A stretch of DNA of 52,469 bases from positions 40,865-93,333 of the forward strand of contig PMBR01000131.1 of NCBI GenBank assembly GCA_003152995.1, written 5' to 3'. The notes under the pieces are model-generated. The model was not told where the DNA came from, made no database searches, and was given only the letters and a program-made list of their open reading frames with translations. The translations under genes were made by a program, and so were the position numbers. Within the stretch, counting starts at the first letter, position 1; each line of letters begins with the position of its first letter. The stretch comes from Chloroflexota bacterium. GTDB taxonomy: Bacteria > Chloroflexota > Limnocylindria > Limnocylindrales > CSP1-4. This document shows positions 41,869-50,879 of this stretch, piece after piece.

Positions 41869-42804
41869 ATGACCGCTCAACCCCTCCCCGCCCTGACCAG
41901 CGGAGACCCCTCCGCCTGGGACCAGGCCCTCTACGCCTTCTTGATAGAGAAGGGCAACCGCTCGGGATCGAAGCGGACCGTCGAGTCATACAGCCGGATG
42001 CTCTGGCCCTTCTTCGCTGAGCGCAGCAAGACACCCGACCGAGTCAAGCCAGCTGATGTGCTGGCCTGGGTCCACGGCATCGGCAAGTCAGGCCGGACTC
42101 CTTCGGCGACCACGGTCGGTGCCAGGATCGCGTGTCTGTCCTCCTTCTACCGCTTCCTGATCCGGATGGGCTTGGTCGTCTCCAACCCCTGCGATGCCGT
42201 CGAGCGGCCCAGAGCGGTCCAGTCAGTCGCTCGGGGATACAGCGCCGACGAAGTCCGGCGATTGCTGGTGGTCGTCCCTGACACCGTCGCCGGCCGGCGG
42301 GACCGGGCGATCCTGCTGACCCTCGTCCTCACCGGGCGGCGTCGGGCCGAGGTGATCGGCCTGCGCGCAGGCGACCTGAGCCCCGAGGGCGAAACGGTCT
42401 TCTACGCCTATCGCGGCAAGGGCGGCAAGAGAGGACGACGAGAACTACCCCGACCTGCCTACGAGGCCATCTGCGCGACCCTGGCCGACGCCGGCAAGGA
42501 GCTGGCGACCATGGCTCCTGCCGAGTCGCTCTGGCAGGCTGCCGCTCGACCCGAGGGAGTCACGAGTGGGACGTTCTACGCTCGCTTCCGTCGGTACCTG
42601 GCGGCGGCTGGCATGGCGCCGACCGGCATCCATGTCTTGCGCCATACCGCGGCAAAGCTCCGGAGGGATGCTGGCGAGTCGATCGAGTCGGTCAGCCAGT
42701 TCTTGGACCACTCGAGCCTCGCGGTTACGAGCGTCTACTTGCGCCGACTCGAGGGTCAGGAGGACCTGACTTGGCGCGAGGTCGCCCAAGCTATCGGGGT
42801 CTAG
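41869..42804 (+). CDS. Tyrosine recombinase (Xer-like)
   Basis: SAM-like N-domain; LTGRRRAE (R), GKGGK (K), HVLRH, LDHSS, TSVY. Confidence 0.93.
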   Translation: MTAQPLPALTSGDPSAWDQALYAFLIEKGNRSGSKRTVESYSRMLWPFFAERSKTPDRVKPADVLAWVHGIGKSGRTPSATTVGARIACLSSFYRFLIRMGLVVSNPCDAVERPRAVQSVARGYSADEVRRLLVVVPDTVAGRRDRAILLTLVLTGRRRAEVIGLRAGDLSPEGETVFYAYRGKGGKRGRRELPRPAYEAICATLADAGKELATMAPAESLWQAAARPEGVTSGTFYARFRRYLAAAGMAPTGIHVLRHTAAKLRRDAGESIESVSQFLDHSSLAVTSVYLRRLEGQEDLTWREVAQAIGV

Positions 42805-42936
42805 GGGCGGAATGGAAGAGGCTCCCGGCATCCGAGGGGGAGGACGACGGGAGCCTACGGGACCGGCCCACCAATGGCGAGCGGTCGTAGGGCACAGTCT
42901 AAAACCGGGCTGCACGTGTCGCCATCCGCAATGGGG

Positions 42937-42973
42937 CCTATCGGAGATAAGCCGCGGATAAGTCCCAGATAAG
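42937..42973. repeat. Phased GATAAG direct repeats
   Basis: GATAAG at 42946, 42957 and 42968 (11-bp period), plus an inverted CCTATC at 42937. Confidence 0.6.
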
Positions 42974-43095
42974 CGGCGTTCGCTAATGTCGATTTCGGGT
43001 CGGGCTCCGCTCTGTGACCGGGCCGATGCCGGACGACGGTGAGCGAGCCAGCGAGGCGGCTGCCCCAGGCGTCCCGACCCAACTGGCCGGCGTCT

Positions 43096-43311
43096 CTACC
43101 GATTGGTATCGCGTAGTCGACGGCGAAGCTCGTCGCCGTCTTTGTCGCCGACACTGAGTCTCGGGTCAGGAAAGTACGGGCCCGCACTGACGGTTGCGCC
43201 ACAGACTGGACAGCGGAACTTCGGACTGCCACGCAGGTGGCCGGTCTTGCGCACGAACCGATGTCCACTCGGGCAGATCAGCTCCAACTGCTGATCGTCA
43301 AAAGGCGCCAA
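43096..43311 (-). CDS. Small Zn-ribbon protein
   Basis: CPSGH..CPVCG; AGGA precedes the TTG start. Confidence 0.6.
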   Translation of the reverse strand: MAPFDDQQLELICPSGHRFVRKTGHLRGSPKFRCPVCGATVSAGPYFPDPRLSVGDKDGDELRRRLRDTNR

Positions 43312-43329
43312 ATGCTGATCCTCTAACGC

Positions 43330-44270
43330 GGCGCATAGGCAGATGAGCCGTGGCGCGAATCTAAGTCCTGGGCGGAAAGCCTATCCGCCCGGGTCGAGCT
43401 CCGCTCTGGCGCCGGGGGAAAGAAGGCCCGCGAATATCGAGATTGTGCAATCGGGCACATGCCGTGGATATCGAGGGAACCTGCGGCCTGGGGGTCGCCA
43501 CTGACCCTCTCCATGGCCCGGTCGCGGGCGTCACCGCCTTGGGTATCGAGGGTATGTGCGAGGGCGTCACGCCCAAAGTGAAACCACTGAACCTGGCTGC
43601 CACCTGAGCGGGGTCTGCTGGGGTCTACGCATTGGCCTTCGGCCTAGGGAAATCGACCCCCTACCCCCAGCAGGAAAAGGGTATTTGAATTGGCGGCACA
43701 CGAAGAGCGCCACCCGGGTCATCCAGGATCTGCGTCTCGGCTAGTTTCGACCCAGCTACCCCTCCGAAGCGGTATGCCTGCGTCGCCGAAGGGACAGACC
43801 GCCGCCGAGCTGACCCACTTATCCGCAAGCATCCCGCCGCTTTACAAGTGTGCAAGACTCCGGTCGGGTCATCCGCGGACGCGTCGTCGCCCGTGTAGAC
43901 CCCACCCCCGTAGTCGTCCGCGCCTTCGGCCAGGTCAGCCTGGAAGTTTTGAACCTGACTGACCGGCGAGAATGGGGCTAGATGGTCCCAGGGAGTGGTG
44001 TTTGCGAGAGATTTCCCGACAGGGGTGGGGCCCGTCGCCGCTTCCGGCTGGTCGCGACGAGCGAGCCGCATATCCTCCGGAGTGGATACAGGGGGGTCTG
44101 CAATTCCCAGCCGCGAACGCAAACGGATGGCGCGGTCCCTTCGCAGCCTCAGCGGCCTGTAAGGTTCCCCGCCCCTGGCCAGGCAGTCGTCCGAACGAAC
44201 AGGCTGGCCGAGAGGCGGGGTTGCTGCGGCGAGGCTTTAGGTCACCGTCACCCGAGCGCCATTCCGACCG
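43330..44270 (+). ncRNA. Candidate large structured ncRNA (~940 nt), family unassigned
   Basis: No credible CDS; many nested helices and a 9-bp potential pseudoknot; G-U pairs mostly favour the + strand; ends approximate. Confidence 0.5.
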
Positions 44271-44274
44271 AAGT

Positions 44275-45306
44275 CTAGAAATGGTCGAAGACATCCCTGA
44301 GCGTGACCGCCAGCCGAGTCGTCTCCACTCGAGCCCGGCACATCCTCGCAACTCGCCGCTTGGCGCCGCTGGCGCAACGGACCTCGATGTCAACGTGTCG
44401 CGCGTCCTTGGGAAGCACGCAAACGTCGTGAGGAAGCCCGCTCAGCCTGCTCGTTTCTACCCAACAGCGATCATGACCGGGGTGTGGCCGGTGCTGCCGC
44501 CAGACCCTGCTTACCACACCGCTTCGCCCCAACTCGGCATGCATTTCGCGCCAGGTCGAGTAGCGGCTCGCTGGATCCAATGCCATTGCTTTCTCCACAC
44601 GCTCGGCGAGACGCCGAGACACGTGCGGAGCCACATCACGCAGTCTGGTGTAGTCCCCTGCCTGCACCAGCGCGCTTATCTCTTCTCTTGTTGTGGCGTC
44701 GAAGGGCCATTTACCGATGAGGAGCCGATAGGTGCTTACGCCCATCGAGTAGATATCCGAGGCAACCGAGCCTCGTCCCGTCGCCCACATCTCTGGCGCA
44801 ATGGTGTGTGGGCTACCTTCGGCTGGCGATGTGCCGTCGAGGTCGAGCTGATATGCCAGGCCGAAATCGCCGAGGAGCGCAAACTCAGGAGTATCCAGGA
44901 AGATGTTGGCCGGCTTGATGTCGCGATGAACAAGCCGGCGGTCGTGGCACGCACCGAGGCCGACCAGTGCCTGTCGCATCCAACTGACAACTGTGTCGGC
45001 CGGTAGGCCAAGAGGGTTGACCGCGACGAATGCCTCGGCGGTGCCCATGCCTGCGATGCGGGTCGCAATGTATGGGATGTCGCCGAATGTATCGGCGTTG
45101 TAGACGCGCAGGATACTCGGACCCTCCAGCGCCGTCAGGACCGTGGCTTCCCCGTAGGCGTGGATCGTCGATAATCCGGGTCTGAACAGTTTGAGCGCGA
45201 CGAGTTGGTTCTGATGGGTGTCATTGGCCTTCCAGACGTCGGCTGAGGCGCCCTCACCCAGCTGGTCGAGGATCTCGTAGCGGTTCGCGAAAGTAGTTCC
45301 GATCAC
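44275..45306 (-). CDS. Hanks-type Ser/Thr protein kinase with a short unknown C-terminal domain
   Basis: GTG 45306 MIGTTFANRYEIL; LGEGASA, VALK, HRDIKPAN, DFG, APE, SDIYSMG; no TM. Confidence 0.93.
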   Translation of the reverse strand: MIGTTFANRYEILDQLGEGASADVWKANDTHQNQLVALKLFRPGLSTIHAYGEATVLTALEGPSILRVYNADTFGDIPYIATRIAGMGTAEAFVAVNPLGLPADTVVSWMRQALVGLGACHDRRLVHRDIKPANIFLDTPEFALLGDFGLAYQLDLDGTSPAEGSPHTIAPEMWATGRGSVASDIYSMGVSTYRLLIGKWPFDATTREEISALVQAGDYTRLRDVAPHVSRRLAERVEKAMALDPASRYSTWREMHAELGRSGVVSRVWRQHRPHPGHDRCWVETSRLSGLPHDVCVLPKDARHVDIEVRCASGAKRRVARMCRARVETTRLAVTLRDVFDHF

Positions 45307-45329
45307 GAGCAAGAGTGTAGGAGGGTGAC

Positions 45330-45788
45330 GTGACGGTCTGGGGGGTGGCGGCGCGAATAGAGCGCGGAAACCCAGTCGTCTTCGGCGTCGAGCTATCGGG
45401 GTCCCGGGCCGCCCCCGTCGGACGGCAAGTCTTCTTGCATCGCTGTGAGTCGACTGATATGGCCCGGGCGCTGATGCTCCTCGCGAACGATCTCGAGCAG
45501 GAGCTCGCCAAGAAGCCTCCGACGGTGTTCGTCGTGCGATCGATGGATTGGTTTCGTACTCCACACGAGAAACCCACCAGGGCTCGCCTCCAAGTCGAGG
45601 GAGTCCTGCTGGCAGTCGCACGGGAGGCGGTCCCGACCGTGGCCGCCTACTCCGGCAAAGAGATCGGCAAGCTCTGTGGCTGCACGAAGTCGGACATCGA
45701 GGCGGAGGCCACCCGCGTTCTACCAGATCTCGACCAAGACGCGGCAATGGCCGGGCTCGGCGCATTGGTCCTCGCCGAGCAAGGTTGA
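45330..45788 (+). CDS. RuvC/RNase H-fold protein, predicted catalytically inactive
   Basis: By-eye colinear alignment with RuvC: VWGVAA~ILGIDP, PTVFVVR~PDYFAIE, EGVLLAVA..VAAYSGKEI~RGVAIVAA..VFEYAARQV, DAAMA~DAADA. Confidence 0.6.
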   Translation: MTVWGVAARIERGNPVVFGVELSGSRAAPVGRQVFLHRCESTDMARALMLLANDLEQELAKKPPTVFVVRSMDWFRTPHEKPTRARLQVEGVLLAVAREAVPTVAAYSGKEIGKLCGCTKSDIEAEATRVLPDLDQDAAMAGLGALVLAEQG

Positions 45789-45795
45789 TCGTCCG

Positions 45796-46293
45796 CTATA
45801 GGGCGGCAGCCAACTCGCTGAGTGCGTGCACTTCGTCCCCTATTTCGAGACGACACATTGCGAGGCCTCGAGGCTCGGCGACAACGGCCGCGCCGACGAC
45901 ACGCGCGGCGCCAGCGGCGCGAACCCTGCTTGCTGTCCTGACCAGTTGAGCGCCGGACGCAAGGACCCCCTCCACGACAAGCACCGTGCCGTGCGCGCCA
46001 TTCTGTGCCCAAAGGGTAAGCGGCCTGGCTGCTCTGCCTGCCACGATGCCCGCAAGTTGGTTACCGAGTGACGATGCTCCGGTAATCATGCCGGCGCCGG
46101 CAGCGTCTGCCACCGCCGCCAACTGTGAGGCCACTTCGTTTAGCCTGTCCGGGTCGGCAAGAGCTTCCTCGAGTTCCCGCGCTGCGCTGAGGATCCCGCT
46201 CGCCCAATCGCCCTGTGGTCGCCCGGCCACAACGGGTCCAGCCGTCTCCATGTTCTTCACCGTCCATACCGGGGATAGACCTGTGTTTATCAC
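45796..46293 (-). CDS. Type I phosphoribosyltransferase-fold protein (PyrE-like, degenerate)
   Basis: ITGASSLGNQLA..VLVVEGVLASG..RAAGAARVVG; alternative start ATG 46251. Confidence 0.7.
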   Translation of the reverse strand: MINTGLSPVWTVKNMETAGPVVAGRPQGDWASGILSAARELEEALADPDRLNEVASQLAAVADAAGAGMITGASSLGNQLAGIVAGRAARPLTLWAQNGAHGTVLVVEGVLASGAQLVRTASRVRAAGAARVVGAAVVAEPRGLAMCRLEIGDEVHALSELAAAL

Positions 46294-46314
46294 AGGTCTA
46301 TCGTAGTCCTGGCC

Positions 46315-46647
46315 ATGGACGAGAGCAACGTCGTAATCAATCCCGAGACTCGAATCTCAGCTTGTCCCGAGCGCCAGATCACCATCGGCCTCGCTGGACC
46401 GCTCAATGAGCGTCTCGACCGACTCGTCGAGCTGGCGGATCTCGAGGGAGCGAGGACCAACCGCAAGGAACTCTTAGCCGCCCTCGTTCTCGGAGCACCG
46501 GCTTCGGCTAGCGCTCTAGCAGAAGCGGTGATCACGCTACGGAAGGCGAAAGCCCGAGAGGCGGCAGTGTTCGGCGACCTGGGCGATGTCCTCCCGTTCC
46601 GGCGACATCAACCTGGGCCTCGCCGTAAGCGCGGATCCGCAGGTTAG
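46315..46647 (+). CDS. Small putative DNA-binding (RHH-like) protein
   Basis: RQITIGL strand, LNERLDRLVE helix, TNRKELLAAL helix; basic tail. Confidence 0.55.
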   Translation: MDESNVVINPETRISACPERQITIGLAGPLNERLDRLVELADLEGARTNRKELLAALVLGAPASASALAEAVITLRKAKAREAAVFGDLGDVLPFRRHQPGPRRKRGSAG

Positions 46648-46745
46648 CCTCATTGCCGCCAGTCTCCGCGTCCTCGCTCACTAAGCGAAGATCAGTGCGG
46701 AGCAGCTCGATCGGAAACCTCCCGCCTGGGCCAGATCCCCGACCG

Positions 46746-47948
46746 TCAGTCGATTCTGGCTTCGATCTCGGACTCAGCCTCGCTGACATGTGCGGCTATG
46801 CGGCGTCGGCGCTCGCGCTGCGAGAAGCGGAACCGCTCCCGGTCGGTGCAGAAGCTGGAGCGACGCGCGTCGAGGGTCAAGAACGGCTGACCGCACTCCC
46901 GGCAGAAGGCGGCCCCGCGCTGACCTTCGGTGACTCGGCGCAGACCCTCGAGCAGCTGGAGGTAGACGGGCGCGAGCAGCGAGCCCCACCAGCGACGCTC
47001 GTAGACAACGAGCGGACCCGGGAAGTGGTCACTCATAGACTCGCCCTCGCGTGTGAGGTCCCGCCCATACCCGGCTCGCCGGATCTCGACTTGATACTCC
47101 GCGGCCCTATGGACAAAGGACGACAGCAGACGACGCTCAAGCTCGACCAGTCCCCACCAGTCGGCGCTGAGCCGACCTGTGGGAGCGCGTCCTGACGGCG
47201 GTCCCACCTCGACGTCGTACTCCGACCATTCGTAATCCCAATCAGACTCGGGCGCCCACAGGATCGGGATGTCCTCCGTGATGATCTTCTCGTAGGCCGT
47301 GCGGGCCTGGCGCCACCATTCCTGGTATTCGGTTGGGCTCATCCCGGGGGGAAGTGTGAGCCCGCTGAGCGGCGTCTCCTTGAAGACGTCCTCCGGCCGA
47401 GCAGCACGCCGAACGAGGGGCATGATGTGCGTCTCGTAGTTCGTGGACCCGCCGAGCCATAGGAGTTCTGACGGCGACTGGATCGCGGGTTGAGCCCAGC
47501 GCGGATCCCAGCCTTCGGCCGGGGCCCAGCCAGATCGGGGCTGGCTTCCGTCGGGCAGGTGGTCGCTCAGACGCGCGAGCGAGAGCAGGTGCCAGCGCAC
47601 GTTCAGTTGTTGCTGAAGAACGTCGACCTGGGCGTCGTGGAAGGGCGTGTCTTCGCGGACGTGATGCGAGACGTCGAACGTTTCGGCCGGGAAGAAGTGC
47701 GAGAGGTCGAGAACGCCGTGCTCCTGGTACCAGTCGCGGGCAGTCTTCCGATCAGTGACATCGACCCGCGCGAACTCCTCCGCAAGCAACAGGCCGCTCG
47801 CCACGCGCTCGAACGGGTCGTAGCCCGCGTCAGCGAGATCCCCGATGATGTCGCCCCGAGCCCCGTCGTCACCGGAGCGATAGAGGATCTGCACGCTTGC
47901 CGGAAGCCGGAGGCGGCCGTCGCCAGCGAAGCGCGGACGAACGCTCAC
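46746..47948 (-). CDS. Protein with C-terminal CGNR-like zinc finger (putative element regulator)
   Basis: FCRECGQPF..RRSSFCTDRERFRFSQRERRRR; divergent from xis; RBS GAGG. Confidence 0.75.
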   Translation of the reverse strand: MSVRPRFAGDGRLRLPASVQILYRSGDDGARGDIIGDLADAGYDPFERVASGLLLAEEFARVDVTDRKTARDWYQEHGVLDLSHFFPAETFDVSHHVREDTPFHDAQVDVLQQQLNVRWHLLSLARLSDHLPDGSQPRSGWAPAEGWDPRWAQPAIQSPSELLWLGGSTNYETHIMPLVRRAARPEDVFKETPLSGLTLPPGMSPTEYQEWWRQARTAYEKIITEDIPILWAPESDWDYEWSEYDVEVGPPSGRAPTGRLSADWWGLVELERRLLSSFVHRAAEYQVEIRRAGYGRDLTREGESMSDHFPGPLVVYERRWWGSLLAPVYLQLLEGLRRVTEGQRGAAFCRECGQPFLTLDARRSSFCTDRERFRFSQRERRRRIAAHVSEAESEIEARID

Positions 47949-48065
47949 GATGCTTGACCTCGGCTAGGCGTCATCGCCAGATCGGGGATTGCAGGTGACA
48001 CATGGCCCCTATATAGTATCCGTGGCGTCAGCAGCAGTTGCTGTGGACGCGATGACAGGTAGAGG

Positions 48066-48290
48066 ATGCCACAGGTGGCGACGCAAAGAAAGCCCGTGGA
48101 CGCGGTGGATGGGACCAACCGCCCTCTGCTCCGTATCGAGCAGATTGCCGAGCGATTATCCATCAGCCGATCGATGGCCTGGAAGATCATCTCGACTGGT
48201 CAGCTGCGTTCTTTACGGATCGGCAGGGTAGTGCGCGTCCGGTCCGAGGACCTCGACGCCTACCTAGCTGACCCAGCTCGCCAGCGATGA
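48066..48290 (+). CDS. HTH_17 / excisionase-family DNA-binding protein
   Basis: LLRIEQIAERLSISRSMAWKIISTGQLRSLRIGRVVRVRSEDLDAYL. Confidence 0.9.
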   Translation: MPQVATQRKPVDAVDGTNRPLLRIEQIAERLSISRSMAWKIISTGQLRSLRIGRVVRVRSEDLDAYLADPARQR

Positions 48291-50545
48291 ACTCGCCGTG
48301 CGCCCTTCTTCAGGGCGCTCTGGGAATGGCAGCCGCCGGCTGGGCGGTGCTCCCGTTGCACACGCCGATCGGCGGCAGCTGCGATTGCCGTCGTCCCGAT
48401 TGCCCCTCGCCCGGTAAGCACCCGCGGACCAAGAACGGCCTTCTCGACGCGAGCACCGACCCCGACCAGATCCGACGCTGGTGGGGCATGTGGCCCGACG
48501 CGAACGTGGGGATCGCGGTCCCGTTGGGCACCGTCGCGGTCGACATCGACGGGCCGGAAGGCGTGGATGCCCTCCAAGCCCGTGGCTACGCCCTACCCGA
48601 GACCGCCACGGTCGAAACTGGCCGTGGCCACCACTACCTATACCGGACGACCGAGCCGATCGGACCCAAAACCGCTGTCCTACCCAAGGTCGACCTCCGC
48701 GGCCTCGGCAGCTATCTCGTCGCACCACCCTCGCTGCACCACGGTGGGCGCCGGTACCGCTGGCTTCGCGAGCCCGAGGATGGCATCGCCGAGGCACCTG
48801 CCTGGATCAGCGATATCGTGGGGAGTGGTCGGGGACTCGACAGCCCCATGCCTTCGATCCCCGATGTGATCGTCGAGGGCCAGCGCAACGCCACTCTGAC
48901 CTCACTGGCGGGCTCGATACGCCGACGTGGGGCGCCGACGCCGGTCATCGTCGCTGCGCTCCTCGAGGCCAACCGTCTGCAATGCCGGCCACCACTGGAC
49001 GAGGACGAGGTTCGGGCGATCGCGGCCTCGATCGGGCGCAAGCCGCCAGGCGAGGGCTTCCGGGTTAGGGCGAGCCTGGCCGGGGAATTCCGCGAAATGG
49101 AAGACGCGACGCCTGGTGCTGCAGACGAACCGATGGAAGCGGCCGCCGATCAGGTCGACCATCTGAGCCGTCAATCGCTCGCGGCCTACCATTTCGCCGA
49201 CCGGAGAGGCGCCGAGGTCCGGTTCGACCACGGCCGACGCGTCTGGCTCATCTGGCATGGCCATCGCTGGCAACCGGATCGGGACCAGGAGATCCGCAGG
49301 CTGTGGCTCAAGGCCCTGGGCGATCGATTCCTCGAAGCACTGCGGATCACCGATAGCGAGATGCGGGAGCGGACGATCGGCGCGATCATGGCCGCGGGCG
49401 CCACGGACGACGCGATCGCGGCGGGTCTGCGGATCACGGCGTCGATGAAGCCCGTGGCCACGAGCGGTGACGCCTGGGACCCGGACCCCTGGCTCCTCGG
49501 CTGCGAGAACGGCCTGGTCGACCTTCGGACCGGCGCGTTGCGGGTGGGACGTCCCGCGGACATGGTCAGTCGCTCCACCCGACTCGACTACGACCCGCGG
49601 GCAACGTGTCCACGCTGGGATCGGTTCCTCACAGAGGTGTTCGCCACCGACGAAGATCTCATTAGCTGGTTCGCGCGCCTCATCGGTGCATCGCTCGTCG
49701 GCACCTCCAAGGAGCTACTCGCGGTCCACTACGGCTCGGGCAACAACGGCAAGTCCGTGGCATTCCGAACCCTCGGTCGCGAGGTGGCGGGCGACTACAG
49801 CGTCGAGGTCGCGGTCGAGACCCTGCTCAACGCCAACCGGGCAGCCGGTGCCCCCACCTCCGATCTGATGCGCCTGCGAGGGGCACGCCTGGCCTTCACA
49901 AGCGAACCCGAGCAGGGCGCTAAGTTCAAGGGCGGCACGCTCAAGCGCCTCGCGACGATCGATCTCATGACCGGCCGCGAGCTCCACGGGCGGCAGGAGG
50001 AGTGGCCCCCGACTCATACCCTCCATCTGGCCACCAACCACCTGCCCGCGGCCGACGACGCGTCCGAGGGGTTCTGGCGGAGGATCGCCCTAATCCCCTG
50101 GGCGGTCCGGTTCGCCAAACGCGGCGAGGAAGGCGATGGGCCGGCCGAAGACCCTGGGCTGGCGGCCATCCTCGCTGGAGAGGCCCGCGGCATCCTCGCC
50201 TGGGCGGTCAGAGGCGCCGTGGCCTATGCGACCGCTGGGACGCTCCACCCCTTCCCAGCAGCGGTCGCCCGCGAGACGGCCGCCTATCGCGAGGACGAGG
50301 ACCCCCTGGGAGGTTTCCTGCGCGAGTGGGTCACGGCCCAGGCGGATGCCTCCACGCCCGGACCCAAGGTCTACGAGCAGTACGTGGCCTGGGCCGATTC
50401 GATCGGGTCCAAGGCCATGACCGCGCCGGTCTTTGGCCGAGCGTTCACCGAGCGCTACGACGGGCTCGGCTTCCCCGTCCGTCGCCGCAAGGTCCACGGC
50501 AGCCCCGTTTACGAGGGACTCGTCGTCGTGAGGCCCTGCCCGTGA
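48287..50545 (+). CDS. Bifunctional primase/polymerase + PriCT + D5_N + SF3 (P4-type) helicase
   Basis: GWAVLPL..GKHP, VDIDG, GHHYLY, YLVAPPS; EGQRNATL; ENGLVDL; GSGNNGKS; ATNHLP..FWRRI. Confidence 0.95.
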   Translation: MNSPCALLQGALGMAAAGWAVLPLHTPIGGSCDCRRPDCPSPGKHPRTKNGLLDASTDPDQIRRWWGMWPDANVGIAVPLGTVAVDIDGPEGVDALQARGYALPETATVETGRGHHYLYRTTEPIGPKTAVLPKVDLRGLGSYLVAPPSLHHGGRRYRWLREPEDGIAEAPAWISDIVGSGRGLDSPMPSIPDVIVEGQRNATLTSLAGSIRRRGAPTPVIVAALLEANRLQCRPPLDEDEVRAIAASIGRKPPGEGFRVRASLAGEFREMEDATPGAADEPMEAAADQVDHLSRQSLAAYHFADRRGAEVRFDHGRRVWLIWHGHRWQPDRDQEIRRLWLKALGDRFLEALRITDSEMRERTIGAIMAAGATDDAIAAGLRITASMKPVATSGDAWDPDPWLLGCENGLVDLRTGALRVGRPADMVSRSTRLDYDPRATCPRWDRFLTEVFATDEDLISWFARLIGASLVGTSKELLAVHYGSGNNGKSVAFRTLGREVAGDYSVEVAVETLLNANRAAGAPTSDLMRLRGARLAFTSEPEQGAKFKGGTLKRLATIDLMTGRELHGRQEEWPPTHTLHLATNHLPAADDASEGFWRRIALIPWAVRFAKRGEEGDGPAEDPGLAAILAGEARGILAWAVRGAVAYATAGTLHPFPAAVARETAAYREDEDPLGGFLREWVTAQADASTPGPKVYEQYVAWADSIGSKAMTAPVFGRAFTERYDGLGFPVRRRKVHGSPVYEGLVVVRPCP

Positions 50546-50552
50546 GCGCCAA

Positions 50553-50652
50553 GGGGGGAGCAGGGGGAGCATTTTGCCGATTCTCAGGTTCGCTCCTCGC
50601 GTGTATTAGGAGGAGACCTAGAAACGGCGGTTTTGCTCACCCTGCTCACCCC
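50553..50652. promoter_or_regulatory. Putative replication origin (inverted iterons)
   Basis: GGGGGAGCA x2 facing TGCTCACCC x2 around an imperfect inverted repeat, immediately after the primase stop. Confidence 0.65.
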
Positions 50653-50699
50653 GGAGCCGCGATGGCTGACGCGGTCTTCGCGATGGCTGGGGGCCTCGA

Positions 50700-50879
50700 A
50701 TGAACGCCCCCGTCCAACCGCCCGTCGCTCGCGACCCCTTGATCGCGGCCCTGGCCCGCTATGTCGAAGCGCTCCACGCCCGCTATCCCGACGGTCCTGA
50801 CCAGATGCGCAAGGAGAACCTTGACGCCAGAGGGAACATGCCTCGGATGTGCAAGAACAGCGGTGGCAGGGCGGCATGA
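50700..50879 (+). CDS. 59-aa protein coupled to the serine recombinase
   Basis: Below cutoff: MNAPVQPPVARDPLIAALARYVEALHARYPDG..GGRAA*; ATGA overlap at 50876-50879. Confidence 0.65.
   Translation: MNAPVQPPVARDPLIAALARYVEALHARYPDGPDQMRKENLDARGNMPRMCKNSGGRAA

Noticed and set aside
43556-44118. Group II intron (GTGCGA at 43556; GAGCCGCAT at 44063)
   Set aside because: The domain V lower stem does not pair, there is no RT/maturase and no interrupted host gene
43661-44122. 153-aa minus-strand ORF (and overlapping 43972..45006)
   Set aside because: No motif, RBS or clear codon bias; 43972..45006 is largely the kinase antisense shadow; not fully excluded
45307-45765. N-terminal extension of the kinase (496-aa ORF)
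   Set aside because: Low-complexity shadow of the RuvC-like gene; the kinase domain begins at GTG 45306
45330-45788. TnpB/IscB/Cas-like RNA-guided nuclease
   Set aside because: Only 152 aa, catalytic residues appear lost, no bridge-helix/WED/Zn or guide-like repeats
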